A program made the translations under genes and the position numbers. A DNA stretch of 62,768 nt from positions 1 to 62,768 of IMG/VR virus record IMGVR_UViG_3300033233_000038, one strand, 5' to 3'. Positions 17,710-27,714 of this stretch are shown in pieces (within the stretch, counting starts at the first letter, position 1; each line of letters opens with the position of its first letter). Under the pieces are notes generated by a model. The model searched no databases, was not told the origin of the DNA, and saw nothing but the letters and a program-made list of their open reading frames with translations. The stretch is from a virus (Duplodnaviria; Caudoviricetes).

Positions 17710-17786
17710 AGCCGAAACGCCTTTTGATGCAGAGCAAAGCTCTAATCAAAAGGCTTAAGTTGATAATGTCAACTCTGATGATGGCT
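17710..17786 (+). ncRNA. Hammerhead ribozyme, type II topology (variant)
   Basis: AGCC-GAAAC; stem III GCCTTTTGAT/ATCAAAAGGC; UUA triplet; stem I AGTTGA/TCAACT; CTGATGA-T-GGCT. Confidence 0.75.
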
Positions 17787-17886
17787 ATCTTAATCTTTTA
17801 CTCAATGAGTTTTCGATAGTAATTCAAGCGAAACAAACAAAACAATATTGTCAGAATAATTCGAAACTGAAAGAAGGTGAAAGACA

Positions 17887-18213
17887 ATGGCTACTTTAAC
17901 TGCTATTGAAAGTTTGACTTGTGATTGCTGCGGTAAAGAAGTCAGGAATACGCCTGAAGATAACATGGCTTTACAGGAAAGAACGTATCCCTGCGATACC
18001 GGCTTTGGCTGGTGCAAGGAATGTTTTGGGGATCCTAACAGCCGTAGTTTCAGAAAGCGTATAGGTTGGGCAGCGCAGACATTCTACGAAGCGAGGTTTA
18101 AGGTCATCAGAGATAATCTCTCAGCTGAGAACAAGCTTCTCTGGGACGCTGCAACGTATATCAAAAAATGTTGGTATGTTCAAAAAATGGTAGAGAAAGG
18201 AGTGATGATTTAA
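17887..18213 (+). CDS. Hypothetical Cys-containing protein
   Basis: CDCC and CKEC motifs. Confidence 0.65.
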   Translation: MATLTAIESLTCDCCGKEVRNTPEDNMALQERTYPCDTGFGWCKECFGDPNSRSFRKRIGWAAQTFYEARFKVIRDNLSAENKLLWDAATYIKKCWYVQKMVEKGVMI

Positions 18214-18214
18214 G

Positions 18215-19168
18215 ATGGCTCATAATCTTAATGAAGGAAGGATGTTTTATGTTGGGAAAGAGCCGTGGCATGGGCTAGGAGTGAAGCTTGATAATCCGGC
18301 AACAGCGGCTGAGGCAATTCAAGCCGCGCGGTTGGATTATAAAGTAGAAGTGCAGAAGATCTTCACTGAAAAACAAGTAGAGATAACAGAGAAGTTTGCA
18401 ACAGTGCGCTGCGACAGCAACACACCGCTTGGAGTTGTTGGAAGTTATTACACTCCAGTCCAAAACATCGAAGCGTTTGACTTCTTTGATACTGTCGTTG
18501 GAGAAAAACTTGCGATATATCATACAGCCGGCGCTTTAGGAAAAGGCGAGCGTATATGGATTTTGGCGAAGATGCCTGATGCCATAAGAGTGCTTAAAGA
18601 TGATGTCGTGGAGAAGTATCTTTTACTTACTAACTCTCATGATGGCTGCTCTGCACTGCGAATGTTTTTCACTCCCATAAGAGTCGTATGTCAAAATACT
18701 TTGACTTCGGCAATGGGAGGCGTCAAAGCAAAAGATGGCGTATCAATCCGGCATACAGGGAACATACAGTCAAAGATCAAAGAAGCACAGCGCGCACTGG
18801 GCATGGCGTTCAAATTCTACGGTGAGTTTGAACGTAGGATAATACAGTTTCAAGACCGCCGCCTTACAGAGAACGAAGCGGATATGTATTTCCTATCTCT
18901 TATCTCAACAAAAGAAGAGCTTGAGCTCAGTGAAATCTCAACAAGGAAAGAAAATCAAGTTGAGGAACTGCGATATCTCAATCATACACCCGAGTTCAAA
19001 GAGATGGAAGGTTCGCTTTGGAGTGCGTATAATGCGGTTACTCGCTTCGTAGATCATAAGCGTTCGGTAAGAAACGACACAGGCACAAACAGGCTTGAGA
19101 GCATCTGGTTTGGCTCTGGTGCTGAATTAAAATCAAGGGCATACACAACAGCAGTTACGCTGTTGTAA
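18215..19168 (+). CDS. DUF932/DUF945 phage-plasmid protein
   Basis: PWHGLG, YTPVQN, NSHDG, PIRVVCQNTL and LWSAYNAVT. Confidence 0.9.
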   Translation: MAHNLNEGRMFYVGKEPWHGLGVKLDNPATAAEAIQAARLDYKVEVQKIFTEKQVEITEKFATVRCDSNTPLGVVGSYYTPVQNIEAFDFFDTVVGEKLAIYHTAGALGKGERIWILAKMPDAIRVLKDDVVEKYLLLTNSHDGCSALRMFFTPIRVVCQNTLTSAMGGVKAKDGVSIRHTGNIQSKIKEAQRALGMAFKFYGEFERRIIQFQDRRLTENEADMYFLSLISTKEELELSEISTRKENQVEELRYLNHTPEFKEMEGSLWSAYNAVTRFVDHKRSVRNDTGTNRLESIWFGSGAELKSRAYTTAVTLL

Positions 19169-19180
19169 AGGGAGGTTACA

Positions 19181-19777
19181 ATGTCTACAAGAAGTTGTCT
19201 TGCATACAAGACAAAAGAAGGCTGGGAGGGAACGTATTGCCACTGGGATGGTTATCCTACGAACAGAGGCGTTCAGATTTGGGATATACTTATGAAAGAG
19301 TTTATTCTCAATAAAGGAAAGCCGGGCGTAAGCAATGATGGAAATATTACGAAAGCGTTACAGGCTTTTGTTAATATCTACATTAATGGACATAAAGGAG
19401 GCTGGTCATCTTTTCCGGATGAATGTTACTGCCATTCACCTGAGTTTGTGATGAGAGATGGTGTGGAGGATGATGAGATGGAGACTGACAAAACTGCTGA
19501 TGCGCTCTTTATAGAATGGGTGTATGTCATTGACGCAGAGGATAAAAAGCTCCTCATCTATATTGGGGGGAGAGCTGAAGGATCTCACAAGAATACATCT
19601 GCTAATGGCATAGGAGAGTGGAAAAGTTTGAACTATAAACATTATCTCGTTGAATCAATCGACTTGAATCCTGATGTGAAAGAGCCAGACTGGGAAGACA
19701 TAGAAAGCAAAGGGGGTAAAATAAGAGAAGAGATGTCCGAAAAATTTAAAGAGGAGGTGAAAGCAAACAATGGATGA
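19181..19777 (+). CDS. Conserved phage hypothetical protein
   Basis: MSTRS...YCHWDGYP and IEWVYVID motifs. Confidence 0.75.
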   Translation: MSTRSCLAYKTKEGWEGTYCHWDGYPTNRGVQIWDILMKEFILNKGKPGVSNDGNITKALQAFVNIYINGHKGGWSSFPDECYCHSPEFVMRDGVEDDEMETDKTADALFIEWVYVIDAEDKKLLIYIGGRAEGSHKNTSANGIGEWKSLNYKHYLVESIDLNPDVKEPDWEDIESKGGKIREEMSEKFKEEVKANNG

Positions 19778-19988
19778 TATAAAGATTGAAGTAGGTAGAG
19801 AAGTAAGAGTAAAGGGGATAGTGGAAGAGATTATTATATCAAAAGATAGTCCCAAGTATAAAATAAGATTTCTATATGGAAGTGTTTTTCAAGATACAGC
19901 AACAGTATCTGAAAAAGCGATAGAAGTATAGTAATCTCAAAGCGCCGGAGGTATCGCATAACTATCTCCGGCGCTCAAGGGGGGGGGT

Positions 19989-20192
19989 GTGATGAAATTT
20001 TATGTCTTGCAGCGGCACTTTAATTCCTCGAATCCCAAGAAGCAATTCAAAGTTTATATTGTCACAGCGAGAGATGAGGATGCTGCGTGGCTTGAGATCG
20101 AGGAAACAATATCTACGAATGACTCGCAGGAATGGCTAATGAATTTAAAAGAGTTTAAAACCTTAAAAGGTTTTTTGAAGGAGGCGAGATAA
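19989..20192 (+). CDS. Hypothetical protein
   Basis: Short ORF after a GC hairpin and a G run. Confidence 0.5.
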   Translation: MMKFYVLQRHFNSSNPKKQFKVYIVTARDEDAAWLEIEETISTNDSQEWLMNLKEFKTLKGFLKEAR

Positions 20193-20314
20193 ATGACTCT
20201 TGAAAAGTATGGGAGATTTTGGGCTGTATATGATGAGATAGGAGATCTTATATGCGTGACTGTTTATAAAAAAGGAGCGCAAGAAGTTATCAAAAGATTA
20301 TCTGAAAGGAGATA

Positions 20315-21217
20315 ATGAAAATGGAAACCATCAAAGAGTTACAAGAACTCATGGAACAAGAACGCTGCAAAGGAAACAGAAATAAGTTCTTGGAGATACA
20401 AAAGCAAATTGAAGTCAATAAACATGAAGAAGTATTATCTCGGCACATGCGCTATTTCGAGAGTGTCAAGAAAGAGTTTCTTGAAGGAACGTATATCTCT
20501 GAACTTAATATAAGAGTAAAAGAGTTAAAGCAAGGCTGTGGCACGCAGCGCGGCTGGATAGAAATTTATCTTTCCGGCAGTGAGAAATCAATATCTCCGC
20601 ATGATCTACGCCGTAAGATTCAAAAAGTAAAAGAAGAAAAGGAGGCGCAAGCTGAATTTAATAAAATCAAATTCAGCGACAAAAAACTATTGCTCTGCAT
20701 AGGCAAAAAGAATTTAGATATCTTAGATATGCTTATAAGAGTAATGGACTTGGATCTTCCAACATTTGAAGAAGTAGACGATTGCAACGTAGATTGGTAT
20801 TCAGAAGTTTATGGTAATGCTAAAGATAGTGCCGTAAAAGACGGATATACAGATGAGGAAGCTGAACAGCAAGCAGGGGAAGTCGAGTCAGAAGAAAGAG
20901 AGAAGATATTCAAAGATTACTACAATGCCATAGAGCAGACTTTAAATTATCTTCTTGAATTTCATAATCTCGGTTTAGTTGAAAAGAATAAGTGTTATTT
21001 CGTAGAAGCAAAGGAGTCTTGGGAAAAAGTAGCGCAAACAGTCATTGAAACAATTAATGGTATGGGGCCTTTCTACTATGAGAATATAAAAGCATTTAAG
21101 GATATCGGCCCCTATAAAAGTTACTGCGAGGCTTCAATGCAGCATCTGCATTGGCTTAGGCACTATACGGAAGTTTATGGAGGCACAAATTATAGGAGGA
21201 TATATGAAAGGAGGTGA
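20315..21217 (+). CDS. Hypothetical protein
   Basis: 300-aa ORF with AGGAG RBS. Confidence 0.75.
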   Translation: MKMETIKELQELMEQERCKGNRNKFLEIQKQIEVNKHEEVLSRHMRYFESVKKEFLEGTYISELNIRVKELKQGCGTQRGWIEIYLSGSEKSISPHDLRRKIQKVKEEKEAQAEFNKIKFSDKKLLLCIGKKNLDILDMLIRVMDLDLPTFEEVDDCNVDWYSEVYGNAKDSAVKDGYTDEEAEQQAGEVESEEREKIFKDYYNAIEQTLNYLLEFHNLGLVEKNKCYFVEAKESWEKVAQTVIETINGMGPFYYENIKAFKDIGPYKSYCEASMQHLHWLRHYTEVYGGTNYRRIYERR

Positions 21218-21398
21218 TTAAAGATGCCAAAACAAATCCTTTCTCTTGGCTTTGTTTATGCCAGAGAGACGAAAAAGTTCTGTGTTTATAAATTATCTCC
21301 AGAGCATGAATTTTTCCCTAAGGAGATATATGTAAGCAAGAACGAGATGGAACGGAAAGAAAGATTAACTGTTAATATAATAACGGAGGAGGCTTGAG

Positions 21399-22979
21399 AT
21401 GAAGTTAGCAACTCTAAAGATAGACCAGATTTCGGCTGGTGAGAATATCCGAAAAGACATTACCAAAGAATCTCTGACAGGTTTAATAAACTCAATAAAG
21501 GAAGTTGGGATTATCCAGCCTATATTAGTCAGAGAGAATAATGGTAAGTTTGAATTGGTTGCTGGTTACCGAAGATTCAACGCGGCAAAGTACGCTGAGT
21601 TAAAGGAATTGCCGGCGCTTATTTCAAACATCGAAAAAGATGAGCGCATTGAATATCAGTTAACAGAGAATCTGCAACGCAAGGATTTAAACCCTCTTGA
21701 TGAGGCGCTTGCGTATAGTGATCTCGGTAAGGATTTTTCAGTAAAGGATATTATGGTTATTACCGGAAAGTCGGAATACAGGATCAGAAGAGTCCTATCG
21801 CTGCTGAACTTATGTAGTGAAGTCAAAGAGATGATTCGCAAAGAAGAGTTATCTGAAGAACACGCTTTTGTCGTATCTCGATTATCTTCTGCGAAAAATC
21901 AGAAGAATTTAGCCAATGATATTAAGCGCTATAAATACTCTCCGGCGAAAGCTGAAAGTGAATTATCTAATTATTCAAATGTCTTAGAAGGTGCCTGCTT
22001 TGATAAAACACAATGCAAGGCTTGCACGTTCAATGGAACTTTAATGAAAGATTTATTTGATAAAGATAATTCTCTGGCCGGCAAGTGCCTTAATATTGAT
22101 TGTTTCTCAAAAAAAATAGTTGAAGTACAGAAAAAGAAAGAAACGGAGTTAAAGAAGCAAGGAAAGAAAGTAATCATCGTTTCAGAGGAGCCGCAATATG
22201 GAAGCAAAGAATACGAGGCAATGAAAGAGATTGTTGACTTCACCGGATATGAAGCGCAGTCATTCCCTAAAGAACAATTCAAAGAGGAATGTAGCGCTAC
22301 ATGCCCTACCTTTGCTACCATCATCGGCCCTAACGGCCAAGACAAGCAGGTATGCCTTAATCAAGAATGTTTCAAGCGTTCGGTAAAGAAAGCAAAAGCA
22401 GTTGAGCGCAAAGCCAATGCCATACCGAAGACCGGCGATCCAGAGAAAGATGCCTCTATTGATTTTGAGGCGCGGCAGAAAGCAAACAGAGTTGATTTCT
22501 TCAAGCGCGATTTCTACATCAAGGGGCTGAAAGGAGAGATTAAGGATATACAAGTCAATAGGTTAATCCTGCATATTCTGTTTCAATCAGAGAATGGCGG
22601 CGGTGAGACAATATCAGAGTTCTTAGGGCTCGAGAAGAAGCAGTCAAATTATCTCATCGGGAGTTTAAAGCTCATAGAACTTCTATCGAATGAAAAATTA
22701 CTTTCTATTATCAAACAGGTAATACTGAGCCGCTTGAATGAATATCCAACGGAAGAGCTTGAGTATCTTGGGACAGAAGCAAAGCTCAACATCAGCAAGC
22801 AATTTGTTATTACGAAAGAATACCTTGAGAAATTCTCAAAGGCTGGACTACAGAAATTAGGAAAGGAATTGAAACTCATTCTGGGGAGTCTTGCGTGGAA
22901 AGATAAGAAGCCGGAAATAATTCATGCCATGCTTCACTCTGGGACAAAAGGCAAAGTGCCAAAGGAGATGATAAAATAA
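21399..22979 (+). CDS. ParB/Spo0J-family protein with a long Cys-containing C-terminus
   Basis: GIIQPILVR, LVAGYRRFNAA and ENLQRKDLNPLDEA, followed by an HTH. Confidence 0.9.
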   Translation: MKLATLKIDQISAGENIRKDITKESLTGLINSIKEVGIIQPILVRENNGKFELVAGYRRFNAAKYAELKELPALISNIEKDERIEYQLTENLQRKDLNPLDEALAYSDLGKDFSVKDIMVITGKSEYRIRRVLSLLNLCSEVKEMIRKEELSEEHAFVVSRLSSAKNQKNLANDIKRYKYSPAKAESELSNYSNVLEGACFDKTQCKACTFNGTLMKDLFDKDNSLAGKCLNIDCFSKKIVEVQKKKETELKKQGKKVIIVSEEPQYGSKEYEAMKEIVDFTGYEAQSFPKEQFKEECSATCPTFATIIGPNGQDKQVCLNQECFKRSVKKAKAVERKANAIPKTGDPEKDASIDFEARQKANRVDFFKRDFYIKGLKGEIKDIQVNRLILHILFQSENGGGETISEFLGLEKKQSNYLIGSLKLIELLSNEKLLSIIKQVILSRLNEYPTEELEYLGTEAKLNISKQFVITKEYLEKFSKAGLQKLGKELKLILGSLAWKDKKPEIIHAMLHSGTKGKVPKEMIK

Positions 22980-23407
22980 TGTTAGTGATTCTTTGTGATG
23001 GATCAAGCAAGGGTAATCCCGGCCCTGCCTCCATAGGCATTGTAGCTTGGGATAGAGCGGATAATCCGCGTCTTGTTTATCCTAACTATCGCTTCGCTGA
23101 AACGATAGGCGTCAAAACAAATATGGAGGCGGAGTGGCTGGCGTTAATTCATTCAGTAACGTATGCATGCAGTAAAAATACAACGCAGGAAGTTTATATC
23201 TTCTGTGATTCTCAGACTGTAGTTCTGCAAGCAAACGGAAAGTGGAATGTGAAACATGAGAATATTATACCACTGTATGAAAGATTCTTGAGTTTAAAAT
23301 CACGGTTACAAAAGGTACACATAAACTGGGTGCCTCGTCAGTTAATATATTTAGCAGACAAAGCAGCCCAAAGAGAACAACTAAGAAACAAAATGAAAGG
23401 AGATTAA
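22979..23407 (+). CDS. rnhA: Ribonuclease HI
   Basis: CDGSSKGNPGPA, TNMEAEW, CDSQ, WVPR and ADKAA. Confidence 0.9.
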   Translation: MLVILCDGSSKGNPGPASIGIVAWDRADNPRLVYPNYRFAETIGVKTNMEAEWLALIHSVTYACSKNTTQEVYIFCDSQTVVLQANGKWNVKHENIIPLYERFLSLKSRLQKVHINWVPRQLIYLADKAAQREQLRNKMKGD

Positions 23408-23411
23408 AATA

Positions 23412-23645
23412 ATGAAATGCCCATTCGGAAACTGTGATAATGAAGAAGATAATATACACTTTGACGAACCAGAGGCACATATTATCTTAACCTTAGGAGC
23501 GGCCGGCCACGTACACGTTCACGCGCCGTTTGAAGATGAAGTAGCATTGAAGCGCATGATAGACGGTTTGATACGGGAAACATGGAAGACAGGAATTGAT
23601 TATTCTTTGCCTCCAGTGATTGAACCGAGAAAGGAGCTTATATGA
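23412..23645 (+). CDS. Small Cys/His protein resembling the N-terminus of the multidomain GT
   Basis: C..C, H and HVHAPFE pattern. Confidence 0.65.
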   Translation: MKCPFGNCDNEEDNIHFDEPEAHIILTLGAAGHVHVHAPFEDEVALKRMIDGLIRETWKTGIDYSLPPVIEPRKELI

Positions 23646-23827
23646 CAAATAAAGTAAAATCAAGAGATCGTAAAGTCAATACCATGATATTGTTGACTGC
23701 GCCAGAAACTGAATTCTTGGACAGGAAGATTGACCATAATGAGCCTCTAAAGAATTCACGGTCGGCAATAATCCGGTTTTTGATTCGTAAGGCGATGGCT
23801 ACTCCGGCATTGCTTGACACGAAATAA
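23642..23827 (+). CDS. Ribbon-helix-helix-like DNA-binding protein
   Basis: Strand TMILL, helix, then SRSAIIRFLI. Confidence 0.6.
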   Translation: MTNKVKSRDRKVNTMILLTAPETEFLDRKIDHNEPLKNSRSAIIRFLIRKAMATPALLDTK

Positions 23828-23847
23828 ACCGTTACGAAAATTGCCTA

Positions 23848-23875
23848 TTGACAAAAAATAATTCTATGATAAGAT
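23848..23875 (+). promoter_or_regulatory. Sigma70-type promoter for the replication genes
   Basis: TTGACA-16 nt-TAAGAT with TGn extension. Confidence 0.6.
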
Positions 23876-24054
23876 GATTTTACGACGAGCAAGAATTATT
23901 CTGTTAAAAACATATCGGTATAACGGTTTTAAAATAGTATGGTCTTGTGGAAAACAAAATTGATCCCAACAGGAAAGATCAGTGCCTCGTTACAGGGACT
24001 GATATTGTCTTCCACAAGACCACCTGTTGGGATTCTTAATTTTTAAGGAATTTT

Positions 24055-25677
24055 ATGTTTGTTTCGGTTAAAGACGATTCGGCAATCTTAAAATGCCGCT
24101 ACCAAGAGAAGGAATTAATAAAGGCAATAGGTGATTATAAATTTGACAGAGTATCTTCATCATGGATTTTCCCGCTCAAGAAACTAGTCGATATTATTGA
24201 TAATCTCAATATCAAGTATGATCCAGAGACAAAAACCATTTATGACCGGCTCCGTAATGACAGGCACAAGCAACATCAAAAGATCAACCTCGCCAATAAA
24301 ATAAAATCTGTTCCACAAACTGTCGAAGAAATTTTAAACGATAAATTCGATGGCATGAATTTGTCAATGTACTATCAGCACCAAAAGAAAGCGATAGCAT
24401 TGGCATCGTTATTTGGAAGTTATGCATTATTTATGGAAACAGGCACAGGTAAAAGTGTTTGTGCCATTAAACTTATTGAATATTGGAAAGTGCCGGCAAT
24501 GATAGTAGCGCCATTGACTACGCTTGAAAGCGTGTGGGTAAAGGAAATTGAGAAGTGGGCGCCGCATCTTAAAAAAGTAATTCTATGGAATAATCTGAAA
24601 GCGTTTAATCTTAATTTCGATGTGTATATCATTAACTATGCTCAATTCAAGATTATGTCTAAAAAATCAGAAGTACCGATTGAAAGGAAAATCCAATGCC
24701 TTGTTATTGATGAGTCAAGTTGCTGCAAAAATCCAAGATCTGAAATAAGCAAAGCAATAATTTCTTATAAGGATAAAATAAAATATAAACTTTGTCTTAC
24801 AGGGACCCCGGCCCCAAATAACCTTCTCGAATACTGGGGCCAGCTCGCATTTATTAATGACTCGCTATTAGGATCAAACTTCTATAAATTCCGTAACACG
24901 TTTTTTTATAGTACCGGTTTCGGCGGATACTTATACCGCCCGATGAAAGGCGCTAAGGAAGCGATTATAGAGAACGTATCAAAGCAAGCCTTTTCAGTGA
25001 AAAAAGAAGATTGTCTCGATTTGCCTGACCGCGTTTATGAAACGCGATATGTCTATATGGATGAAGTGCAGAAAAAAGCTTATGAAATGATGAAGAAAGA
25101 AAATATCTTGGAGTTTCAAGGCAACATCACTCTGGCCGCAAATGAATTAGCGAAGATAATGAAGCTCAGACAGGTCACTTCCGGCTGGAGTATTAACACT
25201 GAGGGTATCCCTATTTTTATTTCAGACACAAAGGTAAACGCACTAAAAGAATTACTTGAAGAAATATCTGAAGATAAACAAGTAATTATTTGGGTCAACT
25301 TTCATTTTGAGATACATCGATTAAAAGAAGTTTTCAAAGATGAATGTAATGTCCTCTACGGCGAACTCTCTCAAAAAGAAAAACAGAAAAACATAGAAGA
25401 TTTCCAAAATAAAAAATACCGTATACTTATCGCGCATCCGCTTTCCGGTGGTATGGGGATCAACTTCCAACAATGCTCATACGCAATATGGTATAGCCTC
25501 AATTATTCTCAAGAACAATATTCTCAAGCTAATGACAGGATTTATAGAATAGGACAACAGAATAAAGTCACTTATTTTATTTTACTCGCAAAAGATAGTA
25601 TCGATGAAGTGATATATAGAGTCCTTGATAAGAAAGCTGACCTAATGGAAGAGTGCATGAAGTTATTAAAAAATTAA
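24055..25677 (+). CDS. SNF2-family (SF2) helicase
   Basis: METGTGKS, VIDES, LTGTP, GMGINFQ and QANDRIYRIGQ. Confidence 0.93.
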   Translation: MFVSVKDDSAILKCRYQEKELIKAIGDYKFDRVSSSWIFPLKKLVDIIDNLNIKYDPETKTIYDRLRNDRHKQHQKINLANKIKSVPQTVEEILNDKFDGMNLSMYYQHQKKAIALASLFGSYALFMETGTGKSVCAIKLIEYWKVPAMIVAPLTTLESVWVKEIEKWAPHLKKVILWNNLKAFNLNFDVYIINYAQFKIMSKKSEVPIERKIQCLVIDESSCCKNPRSEISKAIISYKDKIKYKLCLTGTPAPNNLLEYWGQLAFINDSLLGSNFYKFRNTFFYSTGFGGYLYRPMKGAKEAIIENVSKQAFSVKKEDCLDLPDRVYETRYVYMDEVQKKAYEMMKKENILEFQGNITLAANELAKIMKLRQVTSGWSINTEGIPIFISDTKVNALKELLEEISEDKQVIIWVNFHFEIHRLKEVFKDECNVLYGELSQKEKQKNIEDFQNKKYRILIAHPLSGGMGINFQQCSYAIWYSLNYSQEQYSQANDRIYRIGQQNKVTYFILLAKDSIDEVIYRVLDKKADLMEECMKLLKN

Positions 25678-26135
25678 ATTAGTTCTTTCAAACCTATCGC
25701 TTTATGGCTGTTCGTGAAAGCCGAAAACAGGGTAATTGGAATTGTCCGATGGAAGTCTTGTAAAGAACTGCCCTGGAGAACTGCGTATGCGGTCGCCAGC
25801 CAGAAAAATAAACATAATGTTTAGTCCTAACCCGAAAGCGAGGAGAATATGGATACAGGAGGGAAAAATGGAATTAAAAACAATAAAGAATAATATCTGG
25901 CAATCAACAACGGGTGAGATTTTATTAGAAGAGTGCGACGTCATTACTTGCGATGAAGGAGAAACATTCTTTTGTAAAACTCACAACAAAGAGTTATTTT
26001 GTGAAAAATGTGAAGATAGAGTTTAAAACTCAGGAGGGAAGGTATGAAACTACTCCGCATCATCAAAGCCTTTTTCGTTTATCAACGCTTTGCGTGGTAT
26101 TCGTGGTTTCAGTATATTAGAGAGGAGTGTGAGAA

Positions 26136-26348
26136 ATGAAACTAACAAAGCAACAAGCGCAGGTAATAGTTGACAAAATAAAAGAGTCGAATAGCCCCGA
26201 AAAAACAATTAGAACATATAACATCGTCTGCCCAAGTTGCCAGGGATTAGGATATGTTGAGAATCCCGCACCAGTAACATCAACGGCGCAGATTGTTTGC
26301 CCTGCGTGTAATGGCACAAAGGTTGTATTAGTAACAGAGGCAGATTGA
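26136..26348 (+). CDS. Small DnaJ-type zinc-finger protein
   Basis: CPSCQGLG and CPACNGT. Confidence 0.65.
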   Translation: MKLTKQQAQVIVDKIKESNSPEKTIRTYNIVCPSCQGLGYVENPAPVTSTAQIVCPACNGTKVVLVTEAD

Positions 26349-26352
26349 ATTA

Positions 26353-26625
26353 TTGCCTTTCTACAATCAAAAAGAATTGGGGGGTAGAATGAATAAACAT
26401 AAACCAGACGATTTAATTCATCAACCTTTTTGGGATAAAAGCAGCCACGATGCAACATTCTATTGTCCAAATTGCAATGCGCCTTATTATGATCATACCG
26501 AATGGGGTGGAGATGATAGGTGGTATTTTGATTGTGTATCTTGTGGAAAAACACTTTATGTTATTAGAAAAGAAACTATTACGAATGATTACAAAGTTGA
26601 AGTAGAAAAAGATATATGTAAATGA
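26353..26625 (+). CDS. Zinc-ribbon protein
   Basis: CPNC and CVSC; likely start ATG 26389. Confidence 0.6.
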   Translation: MPFYNQKELGGRMNKHKPDDLIHQPFWDKSSHDATFYCPNCNAPYYDHTEWGGDDRWYFDCVSCGKTLYVIRKETITNDYKVEVEKDICK

Positions 26626-26672
26626 GAGGATAAAAATACTAATTATCATCTGATAATTGGAGGAGGTGAGCA

Positions 26673-27172
26673 ATGAATGAAGAACTTCGAAAAGCGATAG
26701 GACAAGTAGAGGATTTGTTAAGTGATATGTGCATACCGACTCCTGACCATTTGGATGCGATTAAGAAACTCAAGGATTTAGCTCAAGCCTATCTTTCGTG
26801 CGGGGAGTTGGAAGAGGAAGAAAAATTAGTTTGCTCTTATTGTGGTGGGAATTTGGAAGAAAGAGAATTTTTGATAATCTTGGAAATAAAGAAATAAGAA
26901 CAAAACACCAAGTTTGCATGGCATGTTCCAAAATCGAACATGGCATAACACAAACAGTATTTAATTTTGCGAAAAAGATGGTTGAAGACAAAAAGTTTAC
27001 TCATTATTCTTATGATATTATTGAAGACGAAAAAGAAAGAAAAAAAGCAGACACGAACATTTTGTGTTATTTAATAAATTATATTTATAAAAATTATAAT
27101 AATGACCAACACAAACTCATCATGCTCAGGAAGCAAGAAGAGTTGAGGGAGAAGTACGGAGGGATAGAATGA
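26673..27172 (+). pseudogene. Frameshifted paralog of 27308-27712
   Basis: The shared blocks YLSCGELEE and QHxLIML fall in two frames, joined by a -1 shift near the T5 run at 26868-26872. Confidence 0.6.
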
Positions 27173-27307
27173 AATATCAAATTGAAAATGTAAAACAAAT
27201 AGACCATATTGAAACTGATGGTAAAGGAAATCTTTGTATATGGGTTACAAGCAGAAACGACAATTTAGAAATAAGAAAAATATATCCCAAGCACTCTGGG
27301 GTGAACA

Positions 27308-27712
27308 ATGAACGAAGAACAGAAAATTAAAGAAGCAGTAGAAATAGTTAAAAACAGTATGTATGGTTTAGGACATTATGAAAAAGAATTAGAAGCAACT
27401 CAAATTCTCATTTCCCTCGCCCAAGACTATCTTTCGTGCGGGGAATTGGAGGAAATGAAATGGGAATGTGGATATCAACATCAAGATTGTTATGATGCAG
27501 AAAGAAGGGGGTGGAATGAAGCCGTCCGCCAGCACAACCTCATCATGCTCAAGAAGCGGGAAGAGTTGAAGGAGAAGATAGATTTAATAATGCATAAATG
27601 GTTCTGGAGTAAAGGTAATCGCAATGAAGAAACAATGCAGCATGAGCCGCCTAAAGACTGGGAAGAAATAAACACCGCTCTCAAAAACGAGCTAATGGGA
27701 GAAGGAAGGTAA
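27308..27712 (+). CDS. Hypothetical protein
   Basis: 134-aa ORF containing the shared blocks. Confidence 0.65.
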   Translation: MNEEQKIKEAVEIVKNSMYGLGHYEKELEATQILISLAQDYLSCGELEEMKWECGYQHQDCYDAERRGWNEAVRQHNLIMLKKREELKEKIDLIMHKWFWSKGNRNEETMQHEPPKDWEEINTALKNELMGEGR

Positions 27713-27714
27713 GA

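Noticed and set aside
17795-17870. Possible third hammerhead (GCGAAAC...TTGTC)
   Set aside because: No proper CUGANGA core and weak stems.
19940-19987. GC hairpin plus G9 run as a phase-variation switch
   Set aside because: The run is outside a coding frame and nothing shows length variation; the hairpin lacks a U tract.
21399-22979. Complete plasmid partition system
   Set aside because: No ParA recognised; ParB-like proteins occur alone in many phages, so lifestyle remains undetermined.
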